64,000 nucleotides of DNA from Phoronis australis (GCA_002633005.1 NMRA01000372.1:381875-445874), one strand, 5' to 3'; counted from the stretch's first letter, positions 1 through 14,176 are shown. Numbers and translations: made by a program. The notes: generated by a model from the sequence alone, not told the origin.

Positions 1-622
1 TATACGTACAGTCATGTCACAGCGGGACAAAAGTTGGCGATGGGTGCTGAAAGTATCGCATCGGTCAATGAAACTTCATACTTCGGTACTCATTCGCATT
101 TACACCATCGACAAAAACGCACCCCCAAATGTGCGGCTAAACACCTACCTCCATATTTTTAAGATTCGCTTCTCAAAGCCTACGCTCAATAACACAGCCT
201 GAATCAACAACCACTTGAGATACTTTCCGTAAATTTCTCATCAGTTTCATAGCTTTAGCCCTAGTCAAGTACAAGTAAAGTGAAACACTAATCAGATTTG
301 AATATCAAGTCATCCACTGAAAAAGAAAATCTTGGAAACGTGTGATTGGATACTAGTATTATCACACCTTTTTCCACGTTTCAGTCGAATGTCATTTTAA
401 TAAGCATGCAGCCTATATAGCAACGACCCCGGTGTTTGCAATTAGTAACAGTCTGAATTTTGTCACACAATTTCCAAGAGAAAACTAACAGGAAATATGG
501 AATTCAAAATTTCAGACCTCATACAGAGTACAAGGTCTTGCTAGAGGACATTAAACCAACTTCATATGACCTGCAGGACCAGCATTAAATCAAACACAAC
601 AGTCAGTTCCCTGATAACCTAC

Positions 623-786
623 CTGTGAGAGGCCACTATGCAGGTGTTCTCTGAGCCAGGTGGCAGGCGAGGCAGGGTGACAGGGCCCCACAGCTGTTCC
701 ACCATCTCGGGAAGGACGCAGGTTTCAAACTGCCCCATTTGGACGTTGAACACACCTGGTCCAAGATGAATGTTGTCCACAAGAGC
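623..786 (-). CDS. GRDP copy A, coding exon 5 (ALVDNIHLGPGVF..LWGPVTLPRLPPGSENTCIVASH)
   Basis: 164 nt, same length as paralogous exon 48676-48839; acceptor tttgccag, donor gtaggt. Confidence 0.86.
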
Positions 787-3700
787 CTGGCAAATAGAAA
801 CCCATGTTACACTCTGTAAACCATTTGTCATGAACACTACCATGACGAACGAATTCTCAGTCTCAGCTGGACTACGATCAAATTCTTTCTATTTAAGAAC
901 AAACACCAACTTGACTAAACTTACTCCATCATTTGGTTTGTGGAGGATGGGCAGACTAAGCGAAAATAGCAGTAATTTCCAAAATAGTGACAAAATAGGT
1001 GATCAACTGCTGTTACTAAATAATTTATATGAACAAAATTTGTTGTACACACAACAATGCTCATTGTTCATAATTTCAAACGATATTCGCCCAAGTTGTT
1101 TCTTGGACCTTACTTCGCAGCGCAACAATAAAGCACACAGCCAAGATACTAACAGTTAAATAACTACTGAAAGCTCAAGCAGAAACTACTGAAAATTATT
1201 AATCGTGAACACTGTTGTGCATTCAACAAACTTTGTCTGCAGGTACAGCTGCAGCCAAATCATTCTGACTGATTATACGTATATTTTGAAAGATTCAGCC
1301 ACGTGACCACCTTTACATGAGACTACTAAAAATGACTTATCAAACCTCGTGACTTGAAAAAATTACGAGAGGTGTTCCATGCAAATTGTCACTTTCAAAG
1401 AGGATTCTCGAGTAAATTATGGTGAACATAGGCCAGAGCCCTGTGATAAGTTAGATAGACATGTTACCCCACAATACCCCACAATATCCCACAATATCCC
1501 ATCATTCTCAACACTCAAGCAGCCAAATTCAATCGGGGAAAATGTCAGAACGCTTTGATATTAAGTTCTCTGGATATCTCGAGAAGAAAATGATTGTGCA
1601 GACCTATTTAGAGCTATCGTTGCTCTTGACAGCATTAGAAGAGTGAGGCAAATCGCCGAGCAAAAGGGTCACATCTCATTGAGTGTGCATTCACGTTGAC
1701 TGAGTAAACATAATATGAGACCATTTAACTAATTAATTGATGCCAGGGGTTAGGAAAACAGGTCTTTCTGTTATAAACTAGTAGGACCTTTTAACTATAC
1801 GACATGTCGGTGCATTTATTCAAATAACTACAAAACTGTAGGTTTTAACTTGGTGAAAGTGCAGTAACTGTTACATTGCCTTCGACTAGTATGTCGCTAG
1901 AGTTTCGTGTTTTACTTCTTACCAATCAGCCATTAACTGGGTCACATGACCCTGTCTTTTTGGTAAACTTTAACAAAAAGGAAAGGAAATAGTGATAACA
2001 AAAACAAAACAGCAAAATTTTCAAGGTAATGTATCGTCAAATAATAGGAAATGGAAACCCCAAAACAGGAAATCCTCATTAAAGAGGAAAATTTCCATCC
2101 CAAATTTTGTTTGGCGTAAATGTCCAAGTCAGATGAAATGTCAAAAACAGTTCAGTTTTCTTATATAAGTAAAGTGTTGTTTCATGAATGTCATAAAAGT
2201 CCAATTTTAGACACTCCACTGCAAAGGAGGGCCATTTTAAAACAATTTTATATCTTTTCTAGAACTGAGCACAAAGCATACTATCGGAAATTTCCACAAG
2301 TCCGATCAGCCATTTCTGAGATTTGATGTTCCAAAGTTAGGTAAATTTGGACATTTTCAAGGGTCCTACATAACATTAACGCAGAGAAAAATCTTTCCAA
2401 GATAACCAGGAATTTATAGTTTTTAGCAGATACCATTGCAACAGGCAGCATTCCCTTTTAAATAAACTAAAATCCTGTTTACAAAATTACATTACATACC
2501 TGGAGTTTCAAGGTAGTTGCCTGACCCTCATCCATGCGAAGTGTCTCATTTATTGTTGTACCATTAGGACAACGACTGACCACATCAGCCAATCGGAACA
2601 TGGTCTCACCGACGACGTCATTTGAAGAACAACAGAGAAATCCCGTCTTCTGATGCAGGCTGAAGTAAAGCTCATGTTCTTCAGCCTTGGCGGAGTCCAC
2701 CTGGAGGATAATTAATGTACTACATAAGCACTAACTCAGTTATGAAATGCACCCACCACTGCACCAGAAATGGTATGCTTCCGTAGTGTTTGTTAGTATC
2801 GTGAAACTAAATTTAAAAAAAATATCGCTACCGTGATATCATATTGGGCTTGTAGGGGGTAAGAAGTCCACATAATGACTTAGAACTTTGTCGACCCTTA
2901 TAAATCATGAGTGCCATTCACATATAATAAGCCTTCTGCAATTGGCATAGGCAAGTGAAAGCAGTTCTTTGTGAGCCCTGGCCTTATGTTTTATGGTCCT
3001 GCTTGAGAGGATAATTGTTTTATTACCCCGTGTAGATCAGTGAGTAGCCCAGCCCAGAATGTCAAAGCTTAAAATCGACTGGTGCTGGCATGTCTCAGAC
3101 ATACGCCTCTATGATAAAGTCTATTAGAAAATCTATCAACTCATCCGAGATCACATCTTTGTGCATGCAGAAATTTAATAGATTATTAATAAATGTACAT
3201 AATCCCAGAATCAGATATACACTCATCTGTACGCGACATTATGGAACCAAAATTGAAAATACTGTTAGAATGAAGGTGTCTGGGTAACTTTACTCTTGCA
3301 GCAAAAATTCTAATATTCAACGGTATGTATGTTTCAAGCCCAAGATAAATTTGAGGAATCAGACAGACTAATTTTAATATGGGATCGATCAGATTACTTA
3401 CAACAAAACTACACCACCTCTCCCCGTGAAGTAGATTTGCAAAATATACTACTGGGTAAAACAATTTGTAATAACCCATTTCTATGTACTACAACCCATG
3501 CTCGAGAGAACGCCGATCTTTGTGGCTTTGGGAAAAGCCAAACCACGTCATTTGAATGAGCACCCCTTTAGCCGAGTTAATCCAAATCACTTGTTGGTTG
3601 AAAAGCCCACCAGACCTTTCCAATATGTTGTTGGTCAATCCCACAATTTTTTAGCCTCTAAAAACACTAGACATTAAATTGGAAAAAAACTCTGTAGGCT

Positions 3701-6700
3701 TTAGAGCTTATTTTAACTGCAACATCAGAGCAAAGACTATTGAGGAACCTTAATTACATATGCTAACTTGTGTATATTGGTAGCAAATTGTAATTCCTAA
3801 AGGCTTGAATTAATTTGTGGATCTCATCCAGAAAATTCAGCGCGCCACTTACGTTGACAGATCTAAGTTGGTTTTCCCTCCACGACAGGCGTCCTGGAGA
3901 GCTCGGCTTTAGATTCAGATCAAGACCTGCGGTAACAACCTTCAGCGACAGTTTATCATTTTCCGTCGCCCCGGCCCGATCAACTTCGATGCTGGTCAGC
4001 GTAACTTTGCCCCTACGGGTGGCGTACATAGCGTGATTCTCCATGGGAACGGTCCACAGTTTGCCGTTAGGCGCCACACCACGGTACATGCATCCAGCAC
4101 GGTCAAAGTGTTCGCCGTAAAACTCTTGCCATTTCCGTCTGGTCTCAGCATCCGATTGGGACAGTCTGGAGTCCAGCGAGCGGTCTGTGTCCGTGTCGTC
4201 ATGGTTCAACATTCGCCCGATGCAGGCCTCCGTGTCGTTCTTGTAAGCGAGAGGGTGAAGCTGGTGGGAGTGCCAGATCAGATCAACGTCGTACATGGGC
4301 ACAATGAACAAGTCAGGGTTACACTTCTTCAAGTAGAGAAAGCGCTTGTAGCGCTGTAGAGCAGACGACAGGAACTTGTGGTCCTCATAATGTGGTAAGG
4401 AGACGCTGTAGTAAAAGGCTCCTTGTCGGTCAGTGGCCAGCTCGAGATTGTAGGAACACTGACGCTGGTAGCTTGGTGGATGAGGGATCATGTTGAGGTC
4501 AATCTAGGATTGACAAAAATGTAAAATACATGCAAGTAAATAAATCTTGAACAAAGCACAGATATTACAACCAAGAGCTACACTCAGAGAGTGCAAGAAC
4601 ATCTGGCATAACAACACAACACTGCTCAACTAGAGTTTAAATGATGTCGCAGCCCAAGTAGGTCTGTAGTCAAGGTGAACTTGAGCAGCCTAGTACATGG
4701 TTCACTCAATCTACACTCTCGCAGACAAGTTCGGTCCATGTAAACTGACAGTTTACTCATAGAAATAGTAGTCAGATACACAAACTAAGGCTGCTATAAG
4801 CACAATCTTTTGCAGTAATTCAGTTGAACATTACATCTAGTATCTAGTACAACTTAATGAGCTACTGTCCCTCTTGCGAACGTGTTGTTCTTGGACTTAA
4901 TGAGACGCACGATTTTCTATTTAACATGTTGTTTCTACTAGCAAAACAGTAAATTTAAAAGGAGAGATGTCACAAAAATATACCTAATTTTCACAAGTTT
5001 GTTACATATACTTATGAGTACTATAATGCTGAAAAATTAATTGCATATAAAAACTTTGTATATGACAGCTTCTCTGCGAAATGTGAAAATTTTATTGCTC
5101 ACGTTAACTCCATGTAGAAGTTGTTTACTTTATATGAGATACGAGAATAGTCTCTCCTGAGGTGTGCATGCGTAAATGAATGGATGGGATGTACTTAATA
5201 TTTGTTTGTTTTTTTGCACTTGTTTATAAATGATAATAAATACCTGAAAAAAAAAAATTAATGAGCAAACGAAGATGCCTGTGGCAGTGAGATAAGATGG
5301 TTGTCATGAGGTCAAAGCTCACTTGAATAGACAGAGCTTATTCTCAGAGCTCTGCCATCCACTAGGAGCATGTTAGTACTTTTCAAACCTGCATTCACAG
5401 CCAGATATTTGAAGCACACGTAAGGCCGGTATCTTTTCACACAACACAGTTCTGGTCCTGATTAAACCACTACAGACGCAGTCAATGCGATAAAATAATA
5501 AAATATAATTATATATAGATGGACGGAGGAACGGACAGATGGAAGGATAGTGAGATAGATGAACTTTCATTAAACTGGATTACATGTTGATCTAGAGGTT
5601 AATCTCACATATCGTCAAGTAATGATAAGGTCAAGTAATTTTAAGTATATGTAATATTACAATTAATTTGAATATGTGCACAATGAAAGACAATGAATTC
5701 TGATATCTAACTTCACTGTCTAGTGGAACACTACTGACCACAGCCATTTAAGTTTGGAACGTACTTAGAACAATTTACTCTAGTGAAACAATTGCCATAA
5801 TTTTCAATTTTTTATTACATGATTGAAGGAAATTTTCAACAACCAATCAAAGCAGTAATATAACAGTTGACATGTTGGACTTACCTCAAATGGTTCATTT
5901 GGATGAAGATTCCTCCAAGCATGGCTCGCAGCTTGCTTCCCAGAATGTCGCTGGTTGGCATCGGGAATCCAGTGGTCAAAAACGGAACCGAACAGCTTGG
6001 TGCAGTCATCACGGTACTTGTAGGGCGAGGTCATGTGCACATGCCAGATCCACTCCACATCCAAAGGGGGCACCAGCTGTATGCTGTTCGGAGTGGCTAG
6101 AAGAGGCCAAAGTTCACTTGAGAACAGCTGACAGGTACTGAAGTGACCAGTTTTTCAAATTTCACAATTATGCACTCAATCCAGGCATTTTGAATGCTAT
6201 AATGGAACCTGTGGGCCTTACTTTGGATCATTACGAAGAGCATTTCAGCAGCAAAAACACTTTCGAGAAAATTCAAATCTAGATTCTAGGACATAACATA
6301 ATGGTAATTGTTGGACTGGTTTACTAATATTTTGATTCTGTGGGCATGTCAGAAGTGCAGCAAGTTTTAAATAGTTCTAGTTTCATTAAATCACCTCCGG
6401 CTGAATAACCATGATAAGATATACACCTGAATCTGTAAGTGAGGCAAGTTTTGAACATTTCTAGTTTGCTACGATTATCATTCATTAAATCGCCTATGGT
6501 TGAATGACTATAAGAAATACACTTTAACTTACTGGCCAGTAGAGGGAGCCAGCATGTCTCATAGCGGCGGATGGCATTGAGAACCAGGGGACTTTTGCTG
6601 GACAACAGATGGGGGTAGTTATTGACCTCTTTTAGAAATATCAACTGATTCCTCGCTGCCGCCACCAAGTCAATGCTGATTGGTAAATGGTCAGCCGCAG

Positions 6701-6716
6701 CAGCGTGCGTTGCCAT
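623..6716 (-). CDS. GRDP1: Glycine-rich domain-containing protein (GRDP/DUF1399-like), copy A; 5' part, continues beyond the left edge. Coding exons 6716-6533, 6096-5885, 4503-3853, 2700-2500, 786-623
   Basis: Exons bounded by AG/GT sites join in frame. Motifs 'DLVAAARNQLIFL..AIRRYETCWLPLL', 'PPLDVEWIWHVHM.SP.KY..DC', 'RYKRFLYL..VPMYDVDLIWHSHQLHP.AY..D..HDDTD.DR' match the duplicated DUF1399 domain. Exon-by-exon homology with copy B. Symbol means GRDP1-like; orthology not established. Confidence 0.88.
2500..2700 (-). CDS. GRDP copy A, coding exon 4 (VDSAKAEEHELYFSLHQKTGFLCCSS..TLKLQ)
   Basis: 201 nt, cag acceptor and gtatgt donor; homologous to 47424-47630. Confidence 0.85.
3853..4503 (-). 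CDS. GRDP copy A, coding exon 3 (second DUF1399-like repeat)
   Basis: 651 nt = 217 codons, acceptor atcctag, donor gtaagt; homologous to 44888-45523. Confidence 0.9.
5885..6096 (-). CDS. GRDP copy A, coding exon 2 (..QLVPPLDVEWIWHVHMTSPYKY..EPFE)
   Basis: Acceptor ctcttctag, donor gtaagt, phase consistent; homologous to 43433-43641. Confidence 0.87.
6533..6716 (-). CDS. GRDP copy A, first coding exon (MATHAAAADHLPISIDLVAAARNQ...WLPLLA)
   Basis: ATG at 6716 in accATGg context, acceptor (tttctgtttcag) 17 nt upstream, phase-1 donor gtaagt after 6533. Confidence 0.85.
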
Positions 6717-8510
6717 GGTGAAGATGACAGGTACTGAAACAGAAAAATAAAACGTTCAGAAGGGAGTGAAAATAAAAGCACCATCATTGTAAGCTGAGTT
6801 AACTTCAAGTCTCAATCGGACTCCTTCAACCTTTGACAATTTAATACGTCAGAAACAAAAGCTAACCACCACACATTGGGGTCGTGATGAAATCTTTCTG
6901 CTCAAAATTGAAATAATTTTTGGCATTTTCCATTCTACTTTTGCGCAAACACAAGTGTCAATCATTCTGTAGTCGAGTACACTTGATGCATCTAGATTCG
7001 AATCAAAAACTCAGGACTTCTAGTTTTACTCGAAATTACAAGTTCAGATTCGACCTGATAGCCTTAGTTAATGATAGTATCGTTAAGTGCAAACTAGGAT
7101 AAGACACAATATTATACACCTAAGTCGTAATATGTATTTGACCACAGAATAGTATAGACACCCCTCTTGAGTTCCCACAAAAGTAGAGTTTTTTAGTTTC
7201 ATCTCGACTAAAAACATTCTACCCTAGACCCAGATCCCAAATTTACTTGGTTGACTTCAGTTTTTACTCAAAATCTTGAGCTTTTTCACTAAAAATCCCA
7301 AGCTTTTACTCAATTTTGTAGCTGGATTCTGCAATTATCAGGAGCAAATTTTGTAAAATATTTACGACACACGGCTCTTGAAGGAAATGACATTCAGCCA
7401 ATGCAAGGTAGTTTCCATAAAAACCAGTTGATTTCTGTGGGTTTTTTTTGGTCTGATAATGCCATGATTATTGATTTGGCTACAGTAGTCTTTTACTTAT
7501 TCCGCAAAACAAGAATTCATAAAATTGTCACTTTTTATTTTTCAAGGCGTTACCTTGCAGTAGATATTAACGTCTACCAGAGGTTGTTTTATGATGTCTC
7601 TAGGAAGTACAAACTTAACTAGTCATAGAAAGATTTTTTAACGTTTATTTTTGTTTGAGAATTATAACAAATGAAACTTCACACGTCCGCCATACCGTGT
7701 GCTAAATAACGGAATTACCGTGCATTCGATTCCAGTGTGAACTCGGTGTGAACGTTCTTTCATAAAGAATGCTTATAATGTATTTACACCGTGTATTAAT
7801 AGATGTACTGTATGTCTTATGTATCACACGCATACCTCTGTGATGTCATGGCTTTGCATACAATAAACATATTTACAAAAAACCTTAACAGATTTCAACA
7901 CTCCATTTGCATAACATCCAAAAATTGATTTACTATGTTAAGTCATGAAACTAAGAAAGGACAATCAAATAAGCAGTAGATATCTATAGGGAGTTTAGTA
8001 GAGACCCTTTTTCGGACTACTTCATGCAACTGATCAAATTTGACCACTGGATTTTGACCACCAGCCTTTAATGTTTAATAACTATTGAGCCTGGCCACTT
8101 TCAATGCCTGGCCTGACATGATCAAAGCATTAAATCACTTTTTGGATGAATGGCAAATTAACACATTGTTTAAATGCCTTCAGATGCTTTTGGCCAGATG
8201 AGGCAACAATCTGGTGCCAAAAACTAAGTAAGTCAAGAGTCAAAAAAGACGACCAGAATGCTAGTTTTCCGCCAGCAAAGACAGAGAGATGCAGGTTCAG
8301 GTATGGACCTTCTTCAAGTGAATTACAGCTGAACACATATTACTCCAAGCAGGTTTGCACCTCCCACCCTACTCAACCCAAACAAAGCCAGACAAAATGT
8401 TCACCAGACTGTAAAGATATTTCTAAGTAATCAGCTGAGGGCAAATGCATATCACCAGTTACAATGAGTGAGGAAAGAGATTTGTAGCTGTTATCTCTGT
8501 CAGGTTAATG

Positions 8511-8790
8511 TACCGTAAACGTTCGGGTTAACGCCCATGCTCAGTTAACCGCCCACCCCTTACTTTAAGTGGATTTTCGATTTAACCGCCCACCGCTCGG
8601 TTAAGCGCCCCCCTGCGATTTTTGAAGATTTCCAGTTAAGCACCCACCTCTCGGTTAAGCGCCCATCCCCGACTTTAAGTGGATTTTCGATTTAACCGCC
8701 CACCGCTCGGTTAAGCGCCCCCCTGCGATTTTTGAAGATTTCCAGTTAAGCGCCCACCTCTCGGTTAAGCGCCCATCCCCGACTTTTAAA
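8511..8790 (+). repeat. pogo/Tc1-like MITE end with a tandem 110-bp unit built from ttaagcgccc motifs
   Basis: Begins taccgtaaa; 8562-8671 is repeated at 8672-8781. Confidence 0.65.
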
Positions 8791-9588
8791 GAATGAAGAT
8801 TTAGTGCCCAGTGCTAAGGAAACGCGCGATTCCCCGACTTTTAGAAAAAGATCGATGATCACAATGAGCGCAACGACGCCGGGTCTCCGAGACGGTGGTT
8901 TAGCAATGTGAATTGCAATTATACAAGTACAGGTACAATTTCCCTTGGCTAGAAGGAGTTACATGTACTGGTTATGGCCTTGATTTATCTCACAACATCC
9001 TGTGACTGCACTTAGGATTTACCATACAAGGGATTAGCCTTGCCACTTTCCTGGCAAGCAAAATCTACACTCTGTTCATTTTGCAGCAGATGTGAGCTAT
9101 TGAGCTGAGCGCATTTTGCAACAAGAGGCACAGGTCTCTCCAACAGTTATTGATATAATTATTAGGTTTAGTGTTCATCATTAGGTTCTTGCCTAGCCCA
9201 GAAATCTATACAGAATAAAAGCTCTCTGTCAGAAATAGAACAGAGCCAGGGGGGCTCAATCATGTTGACAGAGTCCCCGCGGGCGTTTAACAAAAACTGC
9301 TGAGAGACCCCATTGCAGGTGTCAGGTCTGCTAATTCCCACCCCTTTAGCGGAATAGATTTTTCTGCCTTACCCATTTTTGTGGGTTGTTTTTTTTTCTT
9401 GCTCGGAGAAATCTCACACTAACACCAGGGAATGACATAAGGCACCTACAGTACAATCCAAAAGCATGGCACCTACAGTACAATCCACAAGCATTCAAAC
9501 AAAATGAATCAGATTTCCCATCATGACAACTGGGCTGAATCTGAATTCACCATCAGAGCACTTATCTCCCATGACTGAGAATGAAGGG

Positions 9589-9665
9589 CATGGGCGGCGC
9601 GGCACTGAAAAAAGTGGGGGCTATTATAGCCCCCTCCCCCTGCCCCCTATGGTGCACCACCCCTG
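9589..9665. mobile_element. Short (~75 bp) MITE family (catgggcgg..gcactgaaaaaagtgggggcta..); copies 38373-38450 (inverted) and 46801-46871
   Basis: Three dispersed similar copies with short inverted ends. Confidence 0.6.
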
Positions 9666-10970
9666 AAGGGGAATTAACAGGGAAAGTACGTAGAGATAAC
9701 AATAACAGAGATCGAAATTTTCCACGATTTCCAAAACTGGTGGAGACAGGAATAATAGTACTGATAAGACCTAACCTTTTTGCCTGAGAAAAAAAAACAG
9801 TAATATTAGTAAGCCATTTTGTAGTTAGAATTTTGAAGCCGTAATAATTATTACCGGTCGTTTTTGCTGTTTTTCATGTTAAAACATGAATTACTGTTAT
9901 GACGGGAATATGGTATTTTGTCCACGATTACTTTTGTCTTGTACTGCACTAAGTAGGTTACACAGACAACTTGTAGTTCGTATCTAGGGGCTGTTGTGAG
10001 CATGCATGATATAACAACATGGAAAATATTGATCTGAATATGGCTGTTATTAAAACATGTAGATACAGCAGAGAAAGCCAGAAATGAATTATTCAACAAG
10101 TGTATTTTTTGGGTTCATCAAAGATTCAGGTAAACTCAGAAAGTTAAATTTGACATGCAGGTCTCTACCTTGAGACAGTCAATGGTTGATATGCAAAAGG
10201 TTGTTTTGAGAATTTCCATTGCCAGTGACAGCTGAGGGGAAACAGAATTGTAACTGCTTTCATAGGATCAATGGCATATGCCATGTCACCTGTTAGGGTT
10301 CACTCACCTGAACACTGCGAACATCAGTGAAAGGGGAAAGACAACTGTACAGTGAATAGCAGGTCACTTGACATGAACTTTAGCTAACATCAGCTAAGAC
10401 AACATTAAAAGTCACCACACACTAGTACAGTACAAGACAAAAGTAATCAGACAAACTATTGCTTGAACGGGTCACAATGGGCTAATTAAGTCAACAGCAA
10501 AAATGACAGATAATAACAATAGGTGGCAGTAAAGGTCTAGGCAAAATGCTGTAGCCATCTTACAAAGTTTCTTGTTAATTTCCTATCATTCTGATGATGG
10601 AAGACTGTTCTGACATCTACCGTGTAATTCTGCTTCCACCCAACACTTGTGATGGGTGGTTCTGGGTCATGTTGACTCTAGTACTGTATTTACTTATAAA
10701 GACAGTTTTTAATATACAACCACTAGCTTTCGTTAACTCCCAGAACAGCCAACAACCAGCAGACACTGTACATAGTACGTAATGTCCACGGCGTTCAAGC
10801 AACTATAAAATTGCATTCCATCCAAGAAATGAATTTTTGATTTAAAGCACTCATCGCTATAAAATTAGGCTCAACTTGTTCCTAACCCAAGACACTGGAA
10901 GTGATTCCATGGGAACGTGGTTGGCACATAAAGTGACACCTAGTGACAAGTTAGTGGACTTGTAGAGACT

Positions 10971-11217
10971 GGGGCCTGTTACAAGAAACTGACTTAAGCT
11001 CCTTTTGACTAACAGTAAGTCTAAGATTTGTCTCAACTTCCAAACTTTGAAACTGCTACATCCAACAAAGTTCAAGTCAAAATTAAGGCAAAACTTGAAG
11101 TCAAAAATTTAAGTCAAGCTTAATACCTCTTTCTTGAAACAGACTTAACATGAATTTAATATATCTTAAACTTATCTCATTCATCTTGGCTAAGTCGGTT
11201 TTCTTGGAGCGGCACCT
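10971..11217. mobile_element. Degenerate Harbinger-like MITE
   Basis: ggggcctgttacaagaaactgacttaag ... ctaagtcggttttcttggagcggcacc imperfect TIR. Confidence 0.45.
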
Positions 11218-11401
11218 AGACTAAAATCAACCTGTCAGTTCTTTAAAAACCCTGAAATCACCTCAAGTTTGACTAAGCAACAATTCAGGACCAATTTCAT
11301 AATGATTATAAACTACTAATAGTTTAAATTAAAATTTGTTTTTGAGACAGAAGATGGCTTTATTGCCGCTTTAAATTTAGATGTATCTGCTTGTTCCTAA
11401 C

Positions 11402-11775
11402 TATGCTAATGTATAGCAGGAACTGAACCACGATCCTATTTGAACATCATCTATGCTAAACGAAGTGCAGGTTGTATTCATTGACAACTAATATTTACAA
11501 GAAAACAAAAATTCTGCAAGTTGGTGCCTTTGTACCTTGGGGGCAAACATAACCCGCATCATATAGCGTTATTCCTCAACACCATGTCACAATACTAATA
11601 CTGGACATGGCAGAGTGATTTACGATGGATCGTTTTCGACATAAAACTTGTTCTTAAAAACATTTGGCAATTTTCGACCTAGGTCACATTCACATCGTCG
11701 CTACATGTTGTGTTTCTAATTAATTTGACCAGGCAATCACAGATATACGGAATTAACGTGTAAGTTCTACTGTAA
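11402..11775 (+). repeat. Dispersed repeat, second copy at ~37352-37730
   Basis: Colinear similarity (atgctaatgtatagcaggaa...cgtcgctacatg...aatttgacca). Confidence 0.65.
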
Positions 11776-12193
11776 AGGACAGGTGAAGCACAACTTTGTA
11801 AGCCAAGAACCCAAATCTTAAAAACGAGAAGTAAACAAGTGATGGAAAAATAAATAGAAAGGTTCATTTATTCACTAGCGGTCAAGCATGACAAGTTTCC
11901 TGAATGGTTACATAAATCCAAGTTTCCTGGATGGTTACATAGCATTTCCTTGCCTTTAACAAAAATTCTAAACGCCAACTATAATGTGCAATACATGGTC
12001 CAATTCTCATATACCATACAGTGGCAGTAGTGTCAGAAATGTCACAAACCAACGATAGACATTTCTTCAAACGCTCAAACCCATTTTCTGACAAAGTAAA
12101 TAAGCTACGATGCTAGACGACAAAACGGAAAAAGAATTGTTTGTAATTGTTGGCCTCATGATCACTCATTTTCTCCTTGATTAATTTAACACG

Positions 12194-12990
12194 TACCGTC
12201 AGAGGTCCTAAAGTCGTGAGTGCCCTAAAGTCGTGAACGATCTTATTGTCCGCTTCTGCGTGGCCCTGACATCTGAAGTTTCCAGCGTTCGTCTGCTTAT
12301 GAACGTCAAACGAATACCAGAACGCATTGACAATCACAATATGCTAATAAACAGGGAGTGTGTGGCGTCCTTTTTCAAATGTATCTTAAAAACTATTCCA
12401 CGTTTTTGTGCATTTTCAGAATACATTTTCAAAACTATACATCATTCAGATTTGCTCAAACATGCACTCCAGGAGTAGCTTTAACAATGTATCAAAATGT
12501 CCCAGTGTCGATAAAGTTTTGTAAAGCCAAAGCAATAAAATACAGAGAGATAATTCATGCTGGGTTCTTAGCGTTTTACGTAAACATCACCATTGAAAAT
12601 GTCTGTGCACATCGGAGTTGGGTGCAAAACGCATAACTATTTATTTCAATTTAAAACTGAATTCATAAACAATGCAATGCATTTTTATGTCATCTAGAAT
12701 AACTGTAAGCACTGTAGTTGATTGGTGTGGCCTTACTTCGTGCATTTCCAGCTTAACGAAAAGGTCACGACTCTAGGTCCTTGAGTCTAGGCCTGTCTAG
12801 GGCCTCATTCAAAATGGTCGGCGATATGAGTGACTGTTTCTAAACTCTGCTTACAGAGACTGAAAAAACATGTATATTTGTGAAGGCTGATATATTTCCA
12901 TGACATCACACTAGCAGTTGCTAATGGACATTAGGTAGGACTAGTAGCACAATCAGCTGCTTGTTATGCTTATATTCACGTCTTTAGGTC
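12194..12990 (+). mobile_element. Dispersed DNA-transposon-like repeat (taccgt..cctaaagtcgtga terminus); inverted copies at 60830-61298 and ~63660-63965
   Basis: Clear sequence similarity among the three loci. Confidence 0.7.
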
Positions 12991-13189
12991 ACCGGAGTCT
13001 CTCTTACTGGTTCCTAGATTTAGCACAGAAGAAATTTTGATCACCACGATTATTTTAGCGCACTTGTCATGTTACCTCATGTATACCAAGTTCACGCATA
13101 CGCAATATTGAGATTAAGCAGGATTCCCAAAGTCACTCACAGCACTGCAGCTATTGCGTTGAGCTTGTTGTGACTGTCATTGACATTAG

Positions 13190-14059
13190 GCCTCTGTTGG
13201 CCCGAACCAGAGGCGATGTAGAGGCTATAGGCGCTCTGTACGCCGGAAGCTTTTCGGCGAATTATGCCTCGCACCGACTAAACCATCAAAGCCACGTTGT
13301 TATAACTACCTTCTGCGCATAGACGAACACCTTAGGAGGTTGTCGATGTGATTAATTCCTTCCAACTCGAACAAATACTCCCGTTATGAAACTCTTTCTT
13401 CGAGCAGTCCCTATTTCAGTTCCCAAAATCGTGAACTCACCATTTTTATACTGCGCACGCTCCAATTCATGACCTCAATCTTTAAATAGGCCAAAGGTGA
13501 GCCATTGCGGTCTTGTCAGTCAAATGTTCGTTTCCAAAATGCCACCACTTATACTTGTCTTTAATTGGCGTTACTTGAAACTGATTGTATTTCAATGAAT
13601 CATTGTTTGTATTTGATAAAAATAAATGCTGTTGATATGACATTTAATAGTCTTTGTGCACATATTTGACATTTTAATGTTTAACAACACGGCAAATGCA
13701 CGGCTGGTTCCCGGCAGCACGTACGCGAAGGGCGGGAACTTCAGCTTTCAAAGTTCGCCGGTAGGTCCGCAACTTCTGACCTTCGGCCTGGTTAAAAAAA
13801 TGAAAAAGTTGATTTCACGATTTTGGGAACTGAAATAGGGACTGCTCGAAGAAAAAGTTTCATAACGGGAGTATTTGTTCGAGTTGGAAGAACTTAAACA
13901 CATCGACAACCTCCTAAGGTGTTCGTCTATGCGCAAAAGGTAGTTATAACAACGTGGCTTTGATGGTTTAGTCGGTGCGAGGCATAATTCGCCGAAAAGC
14001 TTCCGGCGTATAGAGCGCCTATAGCCTCTACATCGCCTCTGGTTCGGGCCAACAGAGGC
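13190..14059. mobile_element. Foldback/MITE-like element with ~245-bp terminal inverted repeats
   Basis: 13190-13435 is a near-perfect reverse complement of 13814-14059. Confidence 0.85.
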
Positions 14060-14176
14060 GATTGTCATTGCCTAACATTAGGCAAGCCACCTAACTCGAG
14101 TCACGGTCGTATTTTCACCTTACGTAGTACACAACAACGAAAAAAGCACGTAGAACTAAATTAACTGTTTCCTTAC

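Noticed and set aside
6324-6532. Internally repeated ORF extension (CISY..GDLM..LE.FKTC twice)
   Set aside because: Read-through past the exon donor into a small intronic tandem duplication.
8562-8781. CRISPR-like repeat appearance (also 62121-62568)
   Set aside because: No unique spacers, eukaryotic context and no cas genes.
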